The notes beneath the pieces were generated by a model. The model ran no database searches and was not told where the DNA came from. It was given only the letters and a program-made list of their open reading frames with translations. This document shows, in pieces, positions 55,526 to 64,000 of a DNA stretch of 64,000 nt. The translations under genes were made by a program, and so were the position numbers. Positions within the stretch are counted from its first letter, which is position 1; each line of letters begins with the position of its first letter. The stretch comes from Mytilus californianus (taxonomy: Eukaryota): positions 30,442,001-30,506,000 of the forward strand of contig NW_026262679.1 in assembly GCF_021869535.1 (NCBI RefSeq), given 5' to 3'.

Positions 55526-57394
55526 AAAACCAGTGTTCATTACATGAAACTAACTGTAAACATGTCTGAGGTACGCGACGTTTGGTGTGAACACGGCCTT
55601 AATAACTCTTCTCTTAACCATGTCGTTTTACACAAATGTGCCAAATGGCTTTTAAAACCATTTTGTTAAATCTTAAGAACAAAGTTGGGAAAATTGGAAT
55701 ATTTATCAAAATTAAATATTCATGATCGTAAAACATCCGGTGTCGCTTATTTCTTATTGCAAAAATCAATGAAAGCGTTCATAGATGAATATCATTGTAA
55801 AAGGTACAACAAAAGACTAGATTTCCAAAAAAAAAACCATTCCGGTTCATCTTTGTTAGGGAATACAAATGATGGAATATGAAGATGCAATGCAATTTGA
55901 TCCGGTTTTTTTAAAAGACAACGCTGGCTAGTCCGTGGTGCCCTATATAAGTAAACTTTAATGTATGTATGTCAGTCCGTCCGTCAACATTTGTATGTCG
56001 TATTCTAACAATGTATGAGTCAATATTGCCCAATCTGATATCAGTAATTGTTATGAACAGTATGTTTATCTATAAGATGAAGATACTTGTCGATTTGTGT
56101 AATAAAAAATGAGTAATTTTTTGTAAAAACTCTTTTTGTTAAAAACTCACAAATTTTGAGAAATACTATTCTGAACAAAGATTTCAAAGAAAAATAAGAA
56201 TTATCTAAAAATGATGTTCCAAATAGATTCCGGTGATTTTATTTCTATGGCATGTCAAAATTTGTGGAAAATAGGTAAAATGTGAAAAATAACAGATTTG
56301 ATTTTCTTCTTTATCTGCTATGATTTCAACAATAATTCATACTCAAGTACGATAAAGAATTTCAGACTGATAAAAACAGGTTTAATCAAACAAAATAAGA
56401 ATTTAAGAAACATCCTTTTGTTCTAGGATTTGAAATTAGGTGTTTTTTAACAGATCCCCAAATAATTCCTGATTTAAATTTTTTTCTTCAACCTAGTAGG
56501 GTACAATAACGTATATCAATGTACGTACGAATCTATGTATAACCGATAGTAAGGTATTTATCAGGAACGTAACAACCCTTACACATAAAACGAAGTTTCG
56601 TACACATTTAATATATTTCTAGAGAGGACCCCAGCATCCCCTCAAGCTTAGCACATTTGCTAATGCATTTAACATTATAGATGCAAAGATGCTTATTTTT
56701 CGACAAGTTAGGATACTTGTAGTCTTTTTATCTTGGAGGGCTATTTATTATTGCCTCTTAAGTTAAGACGCTTGAGTTTATAAATAGAGATAAAACATTG
56801 TCTTGAGTTATGATCTGCTTTCCCTTCTGGAGCACCTGAGATCACAACCGATTGATGAAGAGTTCGTGTTTTAAGTTTTCTATGTCGTTTTTTGTATAGA
56901 GTAACTGTTCGTCTTATGGCCAATTTCCCTTTTTCCCCATGGCGTGGTCAGTTTGTCATTTAAGTCCTTATTAAGATACCACATGGTTCAACAATGTCAA
57001 GTTCATCAATAAGTAAAGGAAACCATGTTTTCTGATGATTAATATAACTATAACTGAAAATCGAAAAAAAAAAATGCTTTTATTTCTTTTTTTTTTTTTT
57101 TTTTAAATATTACCGATTGAATTATCTCAAAATAGGTGAACATTTGTATAGAAAGCACATGAAGTTGCCGAAAATCGTTCTTAAATTTGACTTTAATCAT
57201 CAAATCTTCAATATCTAGGTCATAAGATTTTTTTTGAAATATGTTGTTTATACATAAATGTCCGTTTTATTGATGTAAAATAATAATAGGGTCACCGATT
57301 TCGTTTTTACGCTATACACATTCAAAGTGGTGTTCTAGGTGAAGAAAATACCACAAAACGTCGAAATAGGCGTAACGTCATCGCGTTATAAGCT

Positions 57395-57775
57395 GTAAAT
57401 AAAGGCAACAGTAGTATACCGCTGTTCGAAATTTATAAATCGATTGAGAAAAAAACAAATCCGGGTTACAAACTAAAACTGAAGGAGACACATCAAGTAT
57501 AAGAGAACTACGACACAACAGAAACACAACATTGAAATGTAACACACACAGAAACGAACTATAATATAACAATGGCCATTTTCTTGACTTGGTACAGGAC
57601 ATTTTAAGAAAAAAATGGTGGGTTGAACCTGGTTTTGTGGCTAGCCAAACCTCCCGCTTTTATGGCAATGATAAATATAACATTAAAATGACAACATTAC
57701 ATGACAGGACTACAATACAAATAAATGGGAGAACATATGGGACAGAGAAACATACGAATAATAGCTAACAAAAGG
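57395..57775 (-). repeat. Family F repeat contiguous with the family D hammerhead monomer
   Basis: Reverse complement of the 15800-16145 type. Confidence 0.75.
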
Positions 57776-58075
57776 TACCAGGTTTAAAATTTAATACGCA
57801 AGACGCGCGTTTCGTCCACACAAGACTAACCAGTGACGCTCAGATCAAAAAAGTTCGAAAGCCAAAACAAGTACAAAGTTGAAGAGCATTGAGGACCAAA
57901 AGTTCCAAAAAGTTGTGCCTAATACGGCTAAGGTTTTCTGTCTGGGATAAGAACATCCTTATTATTTAGAATAATTCATACTTTTGCAAACAGTAAATTT
58001 ATAAAAATGACTATGTAATAGATATACATGATAACACCGAAGTGGTGACTAACTACAGAATAAAAACGGATACAT
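57775..58075 (-). mobile_element. Family D monomer with core-mutated hammerhead (CTGGTTA) at 57796-57839
   Basis: Minus strand gcgtca-CTGGTTA-gtc-ttgtgtg-gac-GAAA-cgcgcg-TC-ttgcgt. Confidence 0.7.
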
Positions 58076-58799
58076 AAAACAACATAAACCAGTACATAAA
58101 AATTCACAGCCGAGTTAGCCAAAGAGATCAACGCACAAAGTGACGTCATATTTGAATTTCTAAAAATTTCCCCACTATAGGATAGAATTAGGATAGAATT
58201 CAAGATTACGTTAATGTTTGACGTTTTTCACGACATACTAGGTTACAGATTGGTCAAAACACCGAAAAAAAAAGTCAGTGACCCTATCATTATTTTATAT
58301 CATTAAAACGGAAATTTATGTATCAACAACATAAAATTTTTTAAGAAAAATCTATGTACTAGAAATTTGGGATTTGATGATTTTAAGACAAATTTAAGAA
58401 CGATTTTTGTTGATTTGATGTGCTTTCTATACAAATACTAAATATAAAATCTATTTTGACAGAATACAATCAGTAATATTCCGAAAATAAAAGAGATGAA
58501 TGCATTATTTTTTCAATTTTTAGTTGCAGGTCAACGAGCCAAAGTTGTACGCAAAATTTTACTAAAATCTGTGATATAGCCCATTTACTGTTCCTTGACC
58601 TTAACAGTGACAGAAACGTACACTGCTCAGTAGTGAGCTCTTTATTGTTGACAATGATACAGTCATGTTTGTAAATTTACCTTTTAAAAAATGTTGTAGT
58701 ATTCGGAAAGGAATTTAACCCCAGATATAAATAACTTTTGATGTATTTAACGCAACCAATTATGATTTTTGGTTTTCATTGCACTTAAAGTTCAATTTA

Positions 58800-58900
58800 A
58801 ACTTGATTTTCAACTCCAAATGATTTGAATTGAGCGCCATTGGTGATTCTCATGTACGAAACGCGTGTCTTGCGTACCAAATTAGAAGCCTGGTATCGTT
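58800..58900 (+). mobile_element. Family D fragment with a degenerate hammerhead
   Basis: gagcgccattggtga...gtacgaaacgcgtgtcttgcgta. Confidence 0.55.
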
Positions 58901-59058
58901 GAAATAATGCATAATATAAATGAATATATCAATAATTAATTGTTGATTAGAACTAAGCGAAACGTCATTTAAAACAAAAGCATTATACAATATTCTACGT
59001 ATGTAAGAGAATGATATTCAATTTTTCGTGATACACGATAACTTAAGTTGTCTTGCAA

Positions 59059-59297
59059 ATGGCATGTTTAGTGTCGATGGTTTGGTCATATTTGGTGTTA
59101 CTGATTGTTAAACATTTGTTAAAATAAGGTCCATTTGATGTTTTTGACGTGTTCTTATATATCAGATAACAAAAATATTCAAAATAGTTTAATTTTTGTT
59201 TCTTAAGGTTTCAAAGGCATATGCATGCGACTCAAGCAATGATCCTCGATGCTGCTTCAGTATTTACCGATGTCCGCCCGACAAATGCATTCTATGA
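59059..59297 (+). CDS. Hypothetical two-exon gene (59059-59106 joined to 59208-59297) for a 45-aa secreted Cys-rich peptide
   Basis: MACLVSMVWSYLVLLI + VSKAYACDSSNDPRCCFSIYRCPPDKCIL-stop; good acceptor ttttgtttcttaag, weak donor ATT|gttaaa. Confidence 0.3.
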
Positions 59298-60199
59298 AAA
59301 CCGTGTTTTAAACATCTTTTGCTGTGATATTTATCCAAGTTTATCATGTTTATTTTCAACTGATCATTGTAGAATCAATCGAATTGGGGACACGAGTTGC
59401 GTTAAATCGAATTTGTGACATAAATTTGATGCTTCAACATCTTTATGACTGTATAATTATCAGTTATAAATCATCGTTTCTACATTGTACTTGAAAAAAT
59501 AACAGTTTCAGGTCGATATCAGATGAAAACGTATTTAAATAGAATAGTTTTAGTAGAGCTTTCTTACAATTTGACGAAAGGTACGTACGCTTGACGAATC
59601 ATACGTAAGATTCGTTTTAGGAATCCTTTATTTTGACATATTTATACATATTTATGGAATCCTAATAGAAGCGGAATGGAACTTCGATGGCGTTTCACCT
59701 TAATGTTTGCCTATTAAATACCATTGCACTGCATGCAATTACCCGTGTTAAACTTGATTTTTCGTGAGATATAGCAATTTCGGGACGTACGAAAGGTGAA
59801 AATATAATACCAACAGGGGGAAGGAGATAACTCTACAAAATTTCCTAAATATAGGCTCGTCAGAAGAAAAAAAAACCCTAAAAATAAAAGATTGAGATCA
59901 ACCTCCATACCCCAAAACAAATTACAATTTTTCACTATTTAACCTAAGAAAATACCAAGGCAAATACATTTGCTTCCCCCTCACACAAAAAGTAGGTTAA
60001 AATAAAAAAACAAATACTTCCTAAATTCAAACATTTGCAACCCCAAAAATAATAAAATGAAGAAAAAATGACCTCCAAAACATATTATGCTTGGGCTCTT
60101 TTAATAACTTGCATTGATTCCCGCCTCTCCCTTTGAACTACCCATTGTCGCCTTGTGATGTGTCCATTCACCCGAGTTATGCTCACCTATGGAACCGTT

Positions 60200-60275
60200 C
60201 TTTCAGCGTATAATTGCGTTTTCGTCCTGAACATTCATGAAATATTTGCCACTGGACGTTAAGCAACCAACAATC
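60200..60275 (+). mobile_element. SINE-type 3' tail
   Basis: catgaaatatttgccactggacgttaagcaaccaacaatc. Confidence 0.5.
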
Positions 60276-61769
60276 ATATATAATTAGTTGATCTTTAATT
60301 AGAGCTAAGGGCAGATGTAGGAGTGAGGCGCACCCAAGTGCCTCTACTCAGCAGACACATCCCTAGCCTCCTATTCTACATCTTCGCCTTGGTCTATTAT
60401 ATACAGCTAAGTCAGAGACAGAGACGGTTTAATTTTCCAAAACACCCAAGATTTCCGTTTTTTCTTTGAGGGTAACTTGTTTGTTTTTCTTCTTTTTTTT
60501 ACCACTTAATGCTTTTTATACAGTGTGAACTATGTAGTGTTCATATTAAACTATATTTGCAATGATATTGATGATCATCTATTTGTTGGTTGGCTGTTGT
60601 CTCGTGGAGTTTATACTAAATCGAACTAGTTAAATAAAAGCTGTTTGTGACTTACTGTGTGTGTGTTAATTGTCTTCTCCTCCCCATGGAATTGACATTG
60701 GATTTCAGATGTTCGCTCGAGTTAACATCTTCTGTAAATGCTAAATGCATCAATATTTGGTCCACAATTATTAGGTGATTAAAACAAATTAACGACGTGT
60801 AAACATGTACAGTATTTGTTCCGTTTCATATTTGTATCCTGCGATCGCAAGAGTCACACTTCTTTTTTATCACATTTAACCTTAACATTGATAAAAAAAA
60901 AATTCATTGCAAAATCTTTTTTTTCCCAGATTTATTTCACATTACTTTTTCAAAACATTGCAGCATCCTTGTCTTGCAAATCCCCCATGATCCACGTTGA
61001 CAATTAGATGATAGCATACTCATTGCAAATAAAAATAATTGTAAATCTTGTCGTTAAATTTAGAGTATCATATTTCAATAATTTCATTAAAATGTTAATG
61101 GCGAAACGCATGCTTGAACATTTCCCGCACAAATGTGTGCAATCGTGTTTAATATATAACGTTATAACGTATCGGACGTTAGTGTATTTGAAACTATTTT
61201 TCTTTACTTTCAGATACTAAAAGCGTGTTTTATTTGCGATATGCTTAAATTTTTAAAGATACGTTTGATTCAGAAAAGAATGCTGTTATCGTGGAAATGT
61301 AATACATGCTCCCTTTACGTTCGTTCGTACCTTACCTCAAAATGTAAGAAATCTCTATTAATGCTTTGAAACGCCTTTAAAATTTTAATTGCAATCAACA
61401 TAAGATGTCTCCTTAAATACGATTCAAAAGATACACAAAAACATAAGTTTAAGATAAATTATGAACGACATTAAACTTTTGATCTTTTTACTGTGTATCA
61501 TTCAATGTTTTGATATTTTGAGTTCAGAAAATATGTTCGTATTCTGAATTTGCTGATTGGGTCTTATTCCTACGAAAGCCGAGAAGGATCATTCATATTT
61601 CAAAATTCAAAATTCAAAATTCAAAACTCAAAAATCCTACATTAATCTATCATGTTTCCCCGCACTTACGAAAGCCAACACAGATCGCTCTTTGAGATCG
61701 CTCTTTAATATACTACTGAAAGCTATATATAAAGAATGTTAAGAACACGAACCCATTAAAACAAGGCAA

Positions 61770-62250
61770 AGGGTCCGTAAAACCTTCATAGGGATGCATC
61801 CAACTTTACAATTCGAAACCCTTGGTAAACAGCGTCCCTGTAAGCAGCAATCCTCTATCAAGAAAATAGGAAAGGAAACGCAAGCCCTATACTATCGTAT
61901 CGTATCGTATACATATTCAATGTGCAGACACAGCTGGAATGTCGCTTCACTGAAATGGAACGTTCACAATGGAAAAATTGAAATTATCTCTTTTTCGTAA
62001 AGTTTTAGATGTCAACTGACCCTCGTTGTCAATTTCTGAATGATATACAGACTTTGCTGTACCTGTTGATATCGTTATTTCAGGTTCATTGATATAGATT
62101 TAAATAACATTAGTCGACGAACGCTGAGTTATTCATCTTTGTAGCGAATCAGAAGTAAAGTTAAGATAAATCCCAGTTATTTTCATTTTAAAAGTGAAGC
62201 CCTTGTTTAAAGTCTGCCTCATAATAATATATTTATAGGTGCGTCTCTTA
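61770..62250 (-). pseudogene. Penelope-like RT fragment nested in the second IS3EU-like element
   Basis: Minus strand EIDNEGQLTSKLYEKRDNFNFSIVN and FLDRGLLLT. Confidence 0.7.
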
Positions 62251-62299
62251 TTGTTTTTCTTTTTGACTGGTGTACAGAAATGTGGTCATCCCTGGGTCT

Positions 62300-62665
62300 T
62301 CTTCAGATCGGCAGTACAACTCTTGTCAAATCAAGTCCATTTTGCTGTGCGGGACGCATAAATTCGCAGTCACGCCCGATCATATTGGGGACGTTTCATC
62401 CGATGTTTCGTGGAGAGAGGACGCCACGCTATCTGCACGTTAAGAACCCTTGCAACAACTTTTGAGGGGTCTTGTTGCATGGTCAAATTTCTGTCTTACC
62501 CAATATATCCTTATTTTTGGTGGCATTCCAAATTTCTCGCCCTTCATCCCGGTCGACCGCCTATTACAGGACCTACCTTTTGTATTAATTGTTGTTTTTA
62601 TCTCATCATGAATATGCATGAAATATTTGCCACTGGAGGTTAAGCAAACAAACAACCAATCTCTT
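62300..62665 (+). mobile_element. SINE-like element (MetaSINE-like central domain)
   Basis: ggggacgtt...gccacgc...tgcacgttaagaaccc core; 3' tail catgaaatatttgccactgga.gttaagcaa shared with 60230-60275. Confidence 0.5.
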
Positions 62666-63344
62666 ATTATAAACCGTTTTTAAGGAAGATTCTAGTTATT
62701 AAAATAGGTATGTACAGCAGACAGATTTTGTATTCTTTATCAAATTTTGATAATTTATGTTGTTCATCAAAATTCGAGTCAAGTTTTTGAGGATTTTAAT
62801 TTATGTTGTTGAGGAGTCACGGTCTGTGATTGAACGAAAGATGCCACTTTTGTCATTAACTTATGTAATTCAATTTATACATTCATAAAGTTAAGTGTCT
62901 TGAAAAGACATATATGTCAAATGTGATTCCCTTCTTTGAGGTGCTTTCTCATAATTCCCGAATTCTACAAGATCTCCAATCAGAGGCGCTTAGATTGGAC
63001 TTTCCTTTTAAGGGCATACGATACAGTTACATGGGAGGTAATGACGGTGCGAATGTAAAATGTTATTTTCGCGACGTCAAATTGTGACATATCGGGAAAA
63101 CATGCATTTTTCGACTGATTTTTATCATTCAGACTGATTTAACTTGAAAACGAGTTCATGGACCCCTCTTTTTTAAAATGAAATTAGGTTTGATTACGTA
63201 TGAAGATTATTTGTACCAATTTTTATGAAAAAGTCACCGATGAATTTTATGTAAATTAGATAAATATACAGCAAAAAAAAGCCGGTTTTTTTTTCTAAAA
63301 TCTTGAAACTTTGATAAAAATTAATTTACGAAGGTATACACTGA

Positions 63345-63690
63345 CGTGCTGCCGGGATAATCTCAGCCGCGGCGGAGGGGGCATTATTGTTAACCCTTGT
63401 CCGTCTGTACGTCCGTACGTCCGTATGTCTGTCCGTATGTACTTCTCAAAATTAGTTTCTGTTCTCTAACTTTAGTTTGCCTCAACCAAATGTTATGAAA
63501 CTTATACACAATGCTTATTACCACCAAACTCAGATCAAGTTTAAATTTTGCTGGCGTCACTTTCACCGTTCTCGAGTTAAGTCCCTTTATAAATGGAAAA
63601 AAGTGCAAAATTTGGCGTTTCCGCACTCTAACTTTATTTCCCTAAACCAAATGTTATGAAAATTACACACAATGCTTATTACCACTTCAA
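63345..63690 (+). mobile_element. HINE-like element
   Basis: ggggcattat, (GTCC/GTAC)n tract, about 161-bp internal repeat (accaaatgttatgaaa at 63485 and 63646). Confidence 0.6.
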
Positions 63691-64000
63691 CAATGAACAA
63701 ACCCCATACCGTATAGCAAGGCATAAAAAGCCCCGATGTATATATATGAAAAAGAAAGCTGCTTCAAATGCCATCAGTACCGCTGAACCAAAATATACAT
63801 ATGATACATATGCGGATAATTGGCATGTTCCAGAGAGGTATACAGCCAGTAGAATTCTCAATTTGTTCCCTGTGTGAATAAAAAAAAAACATCGCTAAGG
63901 TCTTATCTTTCTTGATTTGCGAGTTCTGAATTTTAAATTTTGAATTTTGAATTATGAATGATCCTTCTCGGCTTTCGTATATTCCCAACTGTGTTCTATT

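Larger units (their letters stand above)
61571..63979. mobile_element. Non-autonomous TIR transposon, IS3EU-like, with about 70-bp TIRs containing (TTCAAAA)n and 6-bp TSD TATTCC
   Basis: TATTCC|TACGAAAGCCGAGAAGGATCATTCAT...ATGAATGATCCTTCTCGGCTTTCGTA|TATTCC. Confidence 0.85.

Noticed and set aside
59221-59418. 65-aa ORF MHATQAM...
   Set aside because: No recognisable features; the overlapping Cys-rich frame is the better candidate
1-64000. tRNA, rRNA or prokaryotic operon features
   Set aside because: None seen; tRNA-like signals are limited to SINE-type fragments

Overview
AT-rich eukaryotic genomic DNA, most likely a bivalve. The repeat families look like those abundant in Mytilus mussels, which is an inference and not a database result. 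One spliced gene dominates the + strand: a compact TRPM-like cation channel of about 1081 aa. I traced it by hand as 20 phase-consistent coding exons from ATG 2465 to TAA 49664. It includes one GC-AG intron and two optional candidate exons (9 nt and 45 nt). Introns and the downstream region are full of mobile DNA: Penelope-like (Naiad-type) reverse-transcriptase relics and their 3' ends, hammerhead-ribozyme retrozymes (including a complete 350-nt unit bounded by two ribozymes), a dead Tc1, MITEs, Helitron-associated elements and SINE pieces. There are also two non-autonomous TIR elements with TAY..RTA termini and perfect 6-bp TSDs (IS3EU-like). A possible small two-exon gene for a secreted Cys-rich peptide lies near 59.1-59.3 kb. 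Most ORFs in the supplied track are spurious or are exon-containing partial frames.
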